Below are positions 46,681 to 55,565 of a DNA stretch of 64,000 nucleotides, in pieces. The DNA is from Christensenellaceae bacterium (GTDB lineage: Bacteria; Bacillota; Clostridia; Christensenellales; Borkfalkiaceae): positions 17,009 through 81,008 of the forward strand of contig JAZOMW010000006.1 of assembly GCA_045654225.1 (NCBI GenBank), in the 5' to 3' direction. The notes beneath the pieces were generated by a model. That model ran no database searches. It saw nothing but the letters and a program-made list of their open reading frames with translations, and had not been told where the DNA came from. How positions within the stretch are numbered: position 1 is the first letter of the stretch; every line of letters starts with the position of its first letter. Both the position numbers and the translations under genes were made by a program.

Positions 46681-48129
46681 TTATTTTTTCTTCTTTTTTG
46701 CTAATTTTAATTGTTGTTTAAGTTCTTTTAAATACGTTGCTTTTTCTTTTCTCGTCATAACGATAGGCTCGTCGGTAGGTTCGTCGCTTGCCGATTTTAT
46801 CGAGTAGTAAACGTAATTATTAGGAATTTTAACTTTTTTATTAAAGTTAACGTAATCTTCTTTTATAATTTGAGTAAGGTCAATCGCAATTTTACCAGTT
46901 GCAATAGCGGGTAGTTCGTTAATACCTACGCGCATAGTTTCGCCGTAGGATTTAAACGGTGAAAGGTAAGTTTTTTTCTTTAATAATTTTGCAATTTTAG
47001 CCTTTACTTTTATAGAGCGTTTTTCTCTTTTAAAGTTAAAATAATTAAACAAATAGTCAATAAACAACGCGCGTTTTTTAAGTTTAGAAAGCAGTTTTAT
47101 TTTGCGTTTTAAAAGCCTTAATTGAAGTCTATAATTTTTATCGTTAAACTCGTTGACAATTAGGTCGCTTATAACTACGCAGTTTTTGCCAAAATCGTTT
47201 ATAAAAGGCAAAAGTTTTTTAAACGCTTTTTTGTTAAGTGGAGTAGATAAAATATAATAATCTGCGTTTAATTTGCTTGCCGTTTCAAAAGCAATAGAAA
47301 ACGACGGTTTGTCAACTTCGCTTGCGCCTAATCCGTTGCTACCTAAAAATACAAGGGTTTTACTTGGCATTTCATATACTTGCGGAATTTCCGTTTGACC
47401 TTCCACACCACAAAATAGAACGTTACGCGTAGGGAGTAAAATGCGCACGATATTGTTTTGAAAACCTTTAACCAGCGTTTTACTAGGGGCGGGAATAAGC
47501 GATTTTTCAAACGTGTATTCTAAAACGTTATCCGCGCTAATTATTTTAGAGTAGTTTTTGCCCGCAAAGTAATTGCCAAAGTAAACTTCGATAAAGGCAG
47601 GGTCTTGCCCGCCAAGGAGTTTAAGTTTAATTTTAACAACGTCCGCAACTAGTTTAAATCTTAATTCAACGCCAAGCGAAAGGTCGCTAAACGCTTTAAA
47701 CGGGTCGAGTACGCTTTCTTTAACTTGCTCGCTTGTTTCGGTTTTATCGCTTTGCGGTTGCTCTTCTTCGTTTAGGGTAGGCTCGTTTTGAGCGCCTTCA
47801 CAAGGTTCAACTTCGGTAGCGTTTTCAACTTGCTTTGTAAGTTTCGCCTCGCTTTCGTTTGAAAGGTTAATAACTTGCGCGTCTTCGCCACCGTCAAATG
47901 CGTTTTCGTCCGCGTTTTCAACGTTTAAAACTTTGTTTTCGTTATCATTTGGCTCGTTTTCGTTTAAAAAAGTTTCCTTGTTGGAAACGGTTTTTCTAGA
48001 AGATTTTTTTCTCTTTTTTGAAGAATCTTCAAACAAAACGTCTTCATCAAAACGGCAAAGTAAATAATTGCCGTCTTCGTCTTTTTTCATTAAATCTACG
48101 TTGTGAAAATAAATATTATTATAATACAT
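46681..48129 (-). CDS. Hypothetical protein (482 aa) with an acidic low-complexity insert and a Lys-rich C-terminus
   Basis: RBS AAAGGTG. Residues ~35-150 are rich in E/N/D/Q/K, and the protein ends in KKKKK. No family recognised. Confidence 0.6.
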   Translation of the reverse strand: MYYNNIYFHNVDLMKKDEDGNYLLCRFDEDVLFEDSSKKRKKSSRKTVSNKETFLNENEPNDNENKVLNVENADENAFDGGEDAQVINLSNESEAKLTKQVENATEVEPCEGAQNEPTLNEEEQPQSDKTETSEQVKESVLDPFKAFSDLSLGVELRFKLVADVVKIKLKLLGGQDPAFIEVYFGNYFAGKNYSKIISADNVLEYTFEKSLIPAPSKTLVKGFQNNIVRILLPTRNVLFCGVEGQTEIPQVYEMPSKTLVFLGSNGLGASEVDKPSFSIAFETASKLNADYYILSTPLNKKAFKKLLPFINDFGKNCVVISDLIVNEFNDKNYRLQLRLLKRKIKLLSKLKKRALFIDYLFNYFNFKREKRSIKVKAKIAKLLKKKTYLSPFKSYGETMRVGINELPAIATGKIAIDLTQIIKEDYVNFNKKVKIPNNYVYYSIKSASDEPTDEPIVMTRKEKATYLKELKQQLKLAKKKKK

Positions 48130-48149
48130 AAATACACCTTTATATTATA

Positions 48150-48335
48150 GGCTTTATCACAATATCCGTTTGTTTTTTTTGGCGGAAAAATACTGCAAAA
48201 TACTTTGCGTTTTGTCTAAGTATTCATACTTTATAAGTATGCGCCCTTACAAGAACGCTCGTCTTTTTTGTGTTTTTCTCGTCAAACCGCAAAAGTAAAG
48301 TTTTGCTAAAAGCAACTGTCTTTTGTGATATCGCC
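48150..48335 (-). ncRNA. Candidate structured RNA or 5' leader (unclassified)
   Basis: Nested long-range complementarity pairs 48150-48162 with 48323-48335 (11 of 13 positions) and 48177-48185 with 48287-48294. There are several internal hairpins. One hairpin needs G-U pairs only if read from the minus strand. There is no ORF. Confidence 0.3.
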
Positions 48336-48410
48336 TTATTATGATAGCATAAATATTATAATTTGTAAATAGCGTAAAAGTCGCTTTTTGTAGTTTTTTA
48401 ACGTCAAATT

Positions 48411-48447
48411 AAAACGACGCAACTAAATTTGTTGCGTCGTTTTTTTA
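48411..48447. terminator. Terminator after the ABC importer operon (hairpin with runs on both sides)
   Basis: ACGACGCAAC-taaattt-GTTGCGTCGT-TTTTTTT. Confidence 0.8.
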
Positions 48448-48451
48448 TTAT

Positions 48452-49417
48452 TTATCTTTCTTCTCTAAAATAGTTTACGCCAAGAGAAGCCGGTGGTTGA
48501 TTTTCTTTACTGTTTACCATACTAGTAATAATTAAAACAATAACAGTAACTACGTACGGCAAAAGTTTTAAAAGTTTCATTTGTGAAAAAGATATGCCTA
48601 TCATTATGCTAGGTGCAATATAGAGTGCCCCAAACAAGAAAGAGCCTAGAATGCTTAAATCGGGTTTCCACATTGTAAATATTACAAGGGCAATAGATAG
48701 CCAACCAAAACTTTCTATGGTGCTGGCATTTTCCCAACTTCCGCCTATATAGTCCATAATATAAAACATTCCGCCAAGCCCTGCTATGGCAGAGCCAATT
48801 AATATTGCACAATACTTATATTTAGTAACGTTTATGCCAGCGGCATCTGCCGTTGCAGGATTTTCACCAACAGCGCGAAGATTTAAACCTACTCTCGTTT
48901 TCTTTAAAATTAGAGCGGAAATTATGGCTATCGCAATGGCAAAATATACTAAAAAACCGTGGTTTAAGAATATTTCGCCAAACCAGCCCAAGTCTAAATC
49001 TCCTATTATTGATGCGGAAATAAGCCTGCTTGCTTTAGCAAAGTGAATACGGTTTACGTACGTATCCATAAAAAATTGAGTAAAACCTGAGCCAAATATT
49101 GTTAAGGCTAATCCTGTAACGTTTTGATTAGAACGTAGCGTAACGGTTAAAAAAGCGTAAATTAAACCACCGATTGCGCCAAATAAAGCGGCAAAAAAGA
49201 TAGTTGAAAGCATTAAAACAATCCAAACTGCATTATCTGGTGATGATAATGAGTTCATGTATAGAGAAACTCCAAAACAACCTCCAGCCGTACCCATGCA
49301 CATAATGCCTGGTATGCCAAGATTTAAGTGTCCTGCTTTTTCAGTGATGATTTCTCCAACACAGCCAAGTAGAAAAACAACGCCAAGGCTTATAGCGCCT
49401 ACTAATAAAACAACCAT
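48452..49417 (-). CDS. ABC transporter permease (BMP / nucleoside importer family, second permease)
   Basis: 321 aa and polytopic. It is the last gene of the SBP-ATPase-permease-permease set. Confidence 0.85.
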   Translation of the reverse strand: MVVLLVGAISLGVVFLLGCVGEIITEKAGHLNLGIPGIMCMGTAGGCFGVSLYMNSLSSPDNAVWIVLMLSTIFFAALFGAIGGLIYAFLTVTLRSNQNVTGLALTIFGSGFTQFFMDTYVNRIHFAKASRLISASIIGDLDLGWFGEIFLNHGFLVYFAIAIAIISALILKKTRVGLNLRAVGENPATADAAGINVTKYKYCAILIGSAIAGLGGMFYIMDYIGGSWENASTIESFGWLSIALVIFTMWKPDLSILGSFLFGALYIAPSIMIGISFSQMKLLKLLPYVVTVIVLIITSMVNSKENQPPASLGVNYFREER

Positions 49418-50527
49418 TTATTTTTCCTCCTTAACCACTTTGGACTCATTATGCTTTTTATCATTTTTCAGTTTAATTTTGTATGACACAAAGAATTCAC
49501 AACCAATAATAAAGAAGTAAATAATACCTATTACAATGTTTGTAACAGCATCGTTTCTTATATTAAAGTCTGTTTGAACTTGTCCCATACCTCTAGTTAA
49601 GAAAGATACTAAAAATGATGAAAAAATCATTATTAACGGATTAAATTTGGCAAGCCACGCAACCATTATGCCAGTAAAGCCTAAATTATTTGCAGTTTGT
49701 TCGTTTATGGAGTGGTCTATTGAGCCTGCTAAAAGTAAACCTACAATACCGCAAATTGCGCCAGATATAGCAAGTGTTCTTAAAGTAATTTTTTTAACGT
49801 TTAAACCAATGTATTTTGCTGTATTTTCGCTTTCACCTACAACCGAAATCTCATAACCATGTTTACTATGGCTCATGTATAAATACATAAATACGGTAAG
49901 TAGTGCAACTACTATTATTGATAATAGGTGAGTGTTTACTATTTCTGGTAAATGTCCCGTATATATTTGTCCTAACACGCCGGAACCGTTAGTTGCCCAG
50001 CTACTAATAAAATAAGAAACTAAACCTACGGCAATATAGTTCATCATTAAAGTAAAAAGAGATTCGTTAGTTTTAAAAAATGCTTTAAATATGGCTGGAA
50101 TTACTGCCCAAACTGCTCCGATAGCAATTGAAGAAATAACCATAAGCACGTTTGCTAAAATCGTTTGATTTGCGCCCAATTCACTTCTCATTATAGCTAC
50201 GGCAACAAGGGCACCCATCATAATTTGACCGTTACCGCCCAAATTCCAAAACCTCATTTTAAAGGCAGGAACGAGAGCAAGAGAAACGCCTAACAATATG
50301 GCAGTTTCTCTTAACAGCAACCAAATTTTATTTATAGAGCCAAATGCCCCGTCAAAAATAGATACGATTGCTTTAAAAGGATTTTCTTTAAATATAATGC
50401 CACACAAAAAAGAGGTAAACAAAATACTTGCCAAAATGGCTATTGCACGTATTGCTATTGCTTTTTTTAAAGACAAGTCGTTTCTTTTAACAATACGAAA
50501 TAAAGGAGTGTTTATATTGCTACTCAT
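49418..50527 (-). CDS. ABC transporter permease (BMP / nucleoside importer family, first permease)
   Basis: 369 aa and polytopic. Its stop abuts the next gene start. Confidence 0.85.
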   Translation of the reverse strand: MSSNINTPLFRIVKRNDLSLKKAIAIRAIAILASILFTSFLCGIIFKENPFKAIVSIFDGAFGSINKIWLLLRETAILLGVSLALVPAFKMRFWNLGGNGQIMMGALVAVAIMRSELGANQTILANVLMVISSIAIGAVWAVIPAIFKAFFKTNESLFTLMMNYIAVGLVSYFISSWATNGSGVLGQIYTGHLPEIVNTHLLSIIVVALLTVFMYLYMSHSKHGYEISVVGESENTAKYIGLNVKKITLRTLAISGAICGIVGLLLAGSIDHSINEQTANNLGFTGIMVAWLAKFNPLIMIFSSFLVSFLTRGMGQVQTDFNIRNDAVTNIVIGIIYFFIIGCEFFVSYKIKLKNDKKHNESKVVKEEK

Positions 50528-50529
50528 TT

Positions 50530-52143
50530 TTATTTATCCTCCTTTGTATTTTCTTCTTTAAGATTGGACCATTGTTCTTCAGTAAGTCTACTATCTTTTG
50601 CTTTTCCGTATTCTTTATTTTTTGATTCTGAAAGGTTAAGTGAGCCCGTCATCATAAGCCCAAGTTCTTCTTTATTTGTTTTTTCAGCGTGCACCACGCC
50701 CATAACTTTGCCGTGGCATAAAACCATAATTTTATCGCAAAGGGCAAGCATAACGTCTAAATCTTCGCCGATAAACAAAATGCCCGTGCCGTTTGATTTT
50801 TGCTCGTTTAAAATATCATAAATTTGATACGATGAGTTTATGTCAAGACCGCGAACGGGGTAGGCGGTTATAATTACGTTTGGCGAAGATTCAATTTCTC
50901 TACCAACCAAAACTTTTTGAACGTTACCGCCGGACAAGCGCCTAACTGGCGTTTCCGTTGACGGCGTAACGATAGACAATTTTTCAATTAAGTGCGATGC
51001 GTTTTTTCTGGCAATTTTTCTATCAACGAATAAACCTTTTTTGTTGTTATAAGTTTTAAGCATCATATTGTCGGTTATAGACATTGAAGGAACTAATCCC
51101 ATGCCAAGCCTATCTTCGGGAATAAAACTCATAGATATTCCGCGTTTTATTATTTCTTTTGATGGGAGCCCCAATATGCTTTCGCCTTCGTGTGCTATTT
51201 GACCTGTTTTAACATTGCGAATACCTGCAATTGCTTCGCAAAGTTCTTTTTGACCGCAACCCGCAATGCCTGCAACGCCTAAAATTTCACCACCACGAAT
51301 ATAGAAAGAAGCATTGTTGATGGCCGTAGAACCGTCATCGGAATTGACGGTTAAATTTCTAATTTCTAATAGAGGCAAGTCAAAATTCGTTTTAGGTCTT
51401 TCAATTTTTAGGTCTACTTTTTTTCCTACCATCATTTCGGTAAGTTGTTTTTCCGTAGTGTTTGCGGTTACAACAGTGTCTATATATTCGCCTTTTCGTA
51501 GTATTGCAACTCTATCCGATATTTCTAAAACTTCGTTAAGTTTATGAGTTATTATAATTATTGATTTGCCGTCTTCACGCATTTTTCTTAAAACCGCAAA
51601 GAGTTTTTGCGTTTCTTGCGGAGTTAAAACTGCGGTAGGCTCGTCGAGTATTAAAATGTCAGCTCCACGATACAAAACTTTCACTATTTCTAAAGTTTGT
51701 TTTTCCGATACCGACATATTGTATATTTTTTTATCTAAATCTATTTCAAAACCGTAGCGATTGCAAATTTCTTCAACTTCGCCACGAAGTTTTTTCAAAT
51801 CAAATTTCCTTGATTTATCTATAATCAAAGCAATGTTTTGTAGTGCTGTAAATATATCTATAAGCTTAAAGTGTTGGTGCACCATGCCAATTTTTTTATC
51901 AAAAGCATCTTTTGGAGATTTTATAGAGGCAAGTTCTCCGTTAACGTAAATATTTCCGCTATCAGGGAAATAAATACCCGAAATCATATTCATAAGAGTG
52001 GTTTTACCACTGCCATTTTCACCAAGAAGGGATAAAATTTCACCCTTAAAAACTTCAAAAGAAACGTTGTTGTTTGCAACAACGCTACCAAAAGTTTTAG
52101 TGATATTTTCAAATTTTATTGCCGTATTGTTTAATGAGTTCAT
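50530..52143 (-). CDS. ABC transporter ATP-binding protein with duplicated NBDs (sugar/nucleoside importer type)
   Basis: The first NBD has GENGSGKTT and ILILDEPT. A second, degenerate NBD has LSGGNVQK. 537 aa. Confidence 0.9.
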   Translation of the reverse strand: MNSLNNTAIKFENITKTFGSVVANNNVSFEVFKGEILSLLGENGSGKTTLMNMISGIYFPDSGNIYVNGELASIKSPKDAFDKKIGMVHQHFKLIDIFTALQNIALIIDKSRKFDLKKLRGEVEEICNRYGFEIDLDKKIYNMSVSEKQTLEIVKVLYRGADILILDEPTAVLTPQETQKLFAVLRKMREDGKSIIIITHKLNEVLEISDRVAILRKGEYIDTVVTANTTEKQLTEMMVGKKVDLKIERPKTNFDLPLLEIRNLTVNSDDGSTAINNASFYIRGGEILGVAGIAGCGQKELCEAIAGIRNVKTGQIAHEGESILGLPSKEIIKRGISMSFIPEDRLGMGLVPSMSITDNMMLKTYNNKKGLFVDRKIARKNASHLIEKLSIVTPSTETPVRRLSGGNVQKVLVGREIESSPNVIITAYPVRGLDINSSYQIYDILNEQKSNGTGILFIGEDLDVMLALCDKIMVLCHGKVMGVVHAEKTNKEELGLMMTGSLNLSESKNKEYGKAKDSRLTEEQWSNLKEENTKEDK

Positions 52144-52169
52144 AAAAGCGTCCTGTTAAATAATAATAT

Positions 52170-52192
52170 CCAAGGGGCGAAACGCCCCTTGG
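52170..52192 (-). terminator. GC-rich intra-operon hairpin after the binding-protein gene (partial terminator or mRNA stabiliser)
   Basis: CCAAGGGGCG-aaa-CGCCCCTTGG lies between the SBP stop (52217) and the ATPase start (52143). Confidence 0.5.
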
Positions 52193-52216
52193 GTATAAGG
52201 TTTAATAATAAAATTA

Positions 52217-53506
52217 TTACATTTTTACGTTTAAGTAAGTAATGCCGTCAATTCTAATATCAAAATATGGAGCAGAACGGAATTCGGATTCTGCAAAGTA
52301 AGTGATGCCGTTGGCTGTTTTGATAACTTCTGTGTCACCAGTAAAGTAAGCGTCTGTATCAACGTCAGCCATATAGCCAGTCAAGTAACCGTTTGCATCA
52401 ACTGTAGCCTTAGTATTTTCACCAAAGTCACCGTCAGCACCAGATGGTTCAGTAATAGTTACCGTGAATTTAGAAGTGTCAAATACTTTTAAAGTTCCTG
52501 CTTTTAATTTAGCAATAGCGTCATTTATAGCAGCTTCAGTACCGTCAGCAGCTGCATCGCCGAGAGCAGTCAAAGCAACTGAACCGTTGCCCCATTCGCT
52601 ACCTAAACTCTTAGACCAGTCGTGTTCAATTCTCTTATTGTTTTTAACGCTATCAATAATGTATTCATAGTATGGTTGCCAGTTGATTCTTGAAGAAATT
52701 ATAAACGTGTTAGGGCAAGCAGCGGCGGTTGAACCATTGTATGAAACGTTAGGAACGTTAGCAGTTTCACATGCAGTAGGAGCACCCATTGAGTCAGCGT
52801 GTTGAGAAATGAGGGCACAACCTCTTGAAATTAAAAGTTCTGCGGCAGTTTTTTCAGCAGCTTCATCATACCAAGAACCGGTGAATTGTACGTCCATAAC
52901 AACGTTAGGAACAACGCTTCTTACACCAAGGAACCAAGAAGTAAAGCCTGAAATAACTTCGGCATAAGTCCAAGCACCTACGTAACCAACTTTAATATTG
53001 CCGTTAGCATCTTTATTGTTGGCTGTAAGTTTATTAGACGTTTCCATTTCTTTCAACTTCATACCAGCGGCAATACCTGCTAAATATCTGCCTTCGTAGA
53101 TAGAAGCAAACGCGTTGTGATAGTTGGAAAGGTTTTCAGTGTGAGCTTTTGTACCCGTTGCGTGGAAGAATTGTACGCCTCTAAATTCGTTTGCAGCTTT
53201 AATCATATGGTCTTCGTGACCGAAAGAGTCTGCAAAGATTAAGTCGCAACCTTGGTCAACAAGGTCGGCAGCAGCATCGTAGCAAGCTGTTGATTCTGCA
53301 ATATCTACCTTAATAATAGATTTTACACCTTTAGCAGTGCAAGCAGCGTTGAAAGCGTCAATGAAGTTTTTGTCATAAGTAGAACTTTCGCCGTGCAAAC
53401 AGATAAGGCCTACTTTAAACTCATTGTCTTTGCTACAACCAGTAAAGAGCCCGAGCGTGCTAACAGCCATTACAACTGTAAGCAACATTGTTATAAATTT
53501 CTTCAT
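52217..53506 (-). CDS. BMP family ABC transporter substrate-binding lipoprotein
   Basis: A signal peptide with the lipobox LFTGC, and a PnrA/Med-like pattern. RBS AGGAGG. Confidence 0.85.
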   Translation of the reverse strand: MKKFITMLLTVVMAVSTLGLFTGCSKDNEFKVGLICLHGESSTYDKNFIDAFNAACTAKGVKSIIKVDIAESTACYDAAADLVDQGCDLIFADSFGHEDHMIKAANEFRGVQFFHATGTKAHTENLSNYHNAFASIYEGRYLAGIAAGMKLKEMETSNKLTANNKDANGNIKVGYVGAWTYAEVISGFTSWFLGVRSVVPNVVMDVQFTGSWYDEAAEKTAAELLISRGCALISQHADSMGAPTACETANVPNVSYNGSTAAACPNTFIISSRINWQPYYEYIIDSVKNNKRIEHDWSKSLGSEWGNGSVALTALGDAAADGTEAAINDAIAKLKAGTLKVFDTSKFTVTITEPSGADGDFGENTKATVDANGYLTGYMADVDTDAYFTGDTEVIKTANGITYFAESEFRSAPYFDIRIDGITYLNVKM

Positions 53507-53560
53507 AATTTACCTCCTATACCTATTAGGTATTTTTTTAATAATTAACGCTTTACGCGT

Positions 53561-54133
53561 TTAATCCATAAATTCAATCTTGCCGTTTTCCATTTTTTTA
53601 ATGCGGGCAAGGGAATAAACTTCGTATCCAAGTTTTACGAGTTTATCATATCCGCCTTGATACGTTTTTTCAACGGCGCAAGATATTCCTTTAACGGTTG
53701 CGCCCGCTTGACGTACAACGTCAATTAAACCAAGGCACGCGTTGCCGTTTGCTAAAAAATCGTCCACTATCAAAACGTTATCGCCTTTTCCTAAATATTC
53801 TTTTGAAACCACTACTGAATTTTCCGTTTGATGAGTGTAGGAATAAACTTTTGCCGAGTAAACGTTATTTGATATGTTTGAAGACTTGCTCTTTTTAGCA
53901 ACCAAGAGTTTACAATTAAAATATTGTGCGGTAAGGCAAGCAAGACCTATACCAGACGCTTCAACCGTCAAAATTTTGTTTATGCCCGAGTCTTTAAAAC
54001 GTTCGTAAATTTCTTTGCCGAGTTTATTTAAAAAGGCAACGTCCATTTGGTGGTTTAAAAAACAGTCCACCTTCAAAACGTCACCACTCAAAACTTTACC
54101 TTCTTTTAAAATTTTTTCTTCAAGTAATCTCAT
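53561..54133 (-). CDS. xpt: Xanthine phosphoribosyltransferase
   Basis: MRLLEEKILKEGKVLSGDVLKVDCFLNHQMD and the PRPP motif VLIVDDFLANGNA. ATG 54133 has GGAAGG upstream. The track ORF start at 54196 runs into the riboswitch terminator. Confidence 0.9.
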   Translation of the reverse strand: MRLLEEKILKEGKVLSGDVLKVDCFLNHQMDVAFLNKLGKEIYERFKDSGINKILTVEASGIGLACLTAQYFNCKLLVAKKSKSSNISNNVYSAKVYSYTHQTENSVVVSKEYLGKGDNVLIVDDFLANGNACLGLIDVVRQAGATVKGISCAVEKTYQGGYDKLVKLGYEVYSLARIKKMENGKIEFMD

Positions 54134-54159
54134 ATAAACCTTCCGCAAAGTAAAATACA

Positions 54160-54285
54160 AAATAAAAAAGCAAGTTACTCTAACTTGCCTTGCCAAATAC
54201 GATACGATAAAAACTGCAATAGTCGCAAATTTAGGCTTTGCGGTAGAAACTTACGGGCCCGATAACCGTAGATATATTGACAAGT
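54160..54285 (-). promoter_or_regulatory. Purine riboswitch (guanine/xanthine class, C at the discriminator position) with terminator
   Basis: On the minus strand: CAAUA-UAUCUACGGUUAUCGGGCCCGUAAGUUUCUACCGCAAAGCCUAAAUUUGCGACUAUUG (54279-54217). It carries the hallmark GUUUCUACC and GACUAU. The terminator GCAAGTTA-gag-TAACTTGC-T6 lies at 54188-54164. Confidence 0.8.
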
Positions 54286-54465
54286 GTTCATTTATATTAT
54301 TATTTTATAATAACGTAATAAGTTTGTCAATACTATTTTAAAAATAATTAACTTATTTTAAAGTGGTGTACGTTATAGAATATTCGCCGTTTTTTATAGT
54401 TTTTTGACAAATTTTCTTTAAAAATACTTAAAAACCGATGTTATATTTATTAAAAGGTGGTGTGT

Positions 54466-55245
54466 ATGGCTAAAAAAATCGTTATAACTTCTGGGAAAGG
54501 CGGGGTTGGAAAAACTACCGTAACTGGGAATTTAGGTTATCATCTTGCTAAAAAGGGTAAAAGAGTGTTGCTCGTTGACTGTGATTTTGGCTTAAATAAT
54601 TTAGACGTGGTTGTAAATATAGAAAATCAAATCGTTTTCGACCTTATCGACGTTTTAGAAAATAGGTGTAGAATTAAGCAAGCGCTTATAGAAAGTCCGC
54701 TAAACGCAAATCTATTTATAATACCTTGCACGCATAGTGCGGTTAAAGGAAGCGTAAGTAGTCAATCGCTTAAACTTTCGCTTGAAAGGTTAGAAGAAAG
54801 TTTCGACTATATTTTACTTGATTGTCCCGCAGGGATTGACGTGGGTTTTCACCGTGCCGTGTCTATTGCTAGCGAAGCGCTAATAGTAACCACGCCACAT
54901 ATTACGAGTATAAGGGACGCCGACAAAGTTACGTCGATTTTAAAAAGTTACAAACTGCCAACCTACGCCGTAATAAACCGTATGCGTGGCGACCTTGTAT
55001 TAAACGGACAAATGTATTCAAAGGAAGATATATCTAACATATTAAAAGTTGACGTACTAGGAATTATTCCCGACGACGATTTTCTATTTGGTGGCGTAGT
55101 AGAACTTTCGTATAGTACGCCGTATAAAGCGTTTTCACTACTTGCACAGTCGTTAATTAAAGGCAAGGGAAAAGTTTACGATTATTTATCAAAATATACG
55201 GGCTTTTTTGGAAGTATTAGAAAGGAACTTAAAAAGAGATTATGA
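54466..55245 (+). CDS. minD: Septum site-determining protein MinD
   Basis: Deviant Walker A SGKGGVGKTT and DCPAG. AAGGTGG precedes ATG 54466. Confidence 0.9.
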   Translation: MAKKIVITSGKGGVGKTTVTGNLGYHLAKKGKRVLLVDCDFGLNNLDVVVNIENQIVFDLIDVLENRCRIKQALIESPLNANLFIIPCTHSAVKGSVSSQSLKLSLERLEESFDYILLDCPAGIDVGFHRAVSIASEALIVTTPHITSIRDADKVTSILKSYKLPTYAVINRMRGDLVLNGQMYSKEDISNILKVDVLGIIPDDDFLFGGVVELSYSTPYKAFSLLAQSLIKGKGKVYDYLSKYTGFFGSIRKELKKRL

Positions 55246-55466
55246 AAAATGCAAAAATAAGGCTCAAAAACGTAATAGAAAACGATAGGTTGATAATTAG
55301 TGAAGATATGTCTTCACTTATTGCCTACGACTTAAAAAAACTGCTTGACAACTATTTTAATACGGAAGGTCAAGTTAAAATTGAAGTTGAAGCGTTAAAA
55401 GATACTTATAAAATAATAGTAACCGCAACGGCGGAAAGTATTAAGCCTTTTTTGTTAATAAAGTGA
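55242..55466 (+). CDS. minE: Cell division topological specificity factor MinE
   Basis: 74 aa. It overlaps the minD stop by 4 nt. The N-terminus KIRLKNVIENDRL is MinE-like. Confidence 0.7.
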   Translation: MKNAKIRLKNVIENDRLIISEDMSSLIAYDLKKLLDNYFNTEGQVKIEVEALKDTYKIIVTATAESIKPFLLIK

Positions 55467-55565
55467 GGCCTCTTCACAATAATTGTTTCGTGGTATTAAA
55501 AAGAGTGTAAAAAGTACTTGATAATTTTTTTGTTTAGTATTAAAATAGGAAAAAAGGAGACGTTT

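Noticed and set aside
53519-53533. The palindrome ATACCTATTAGGTAT followed by a T-run, considered as a terminator between xpt and the binding-protein gene.
   Set aside because: The T-run follows the hairpin only on the plus strand, whereas both flanking genes are on the minus strand. On the minus strand the hairpin directly abuts the SD AGGAGG, so it is at most a minor translational element.
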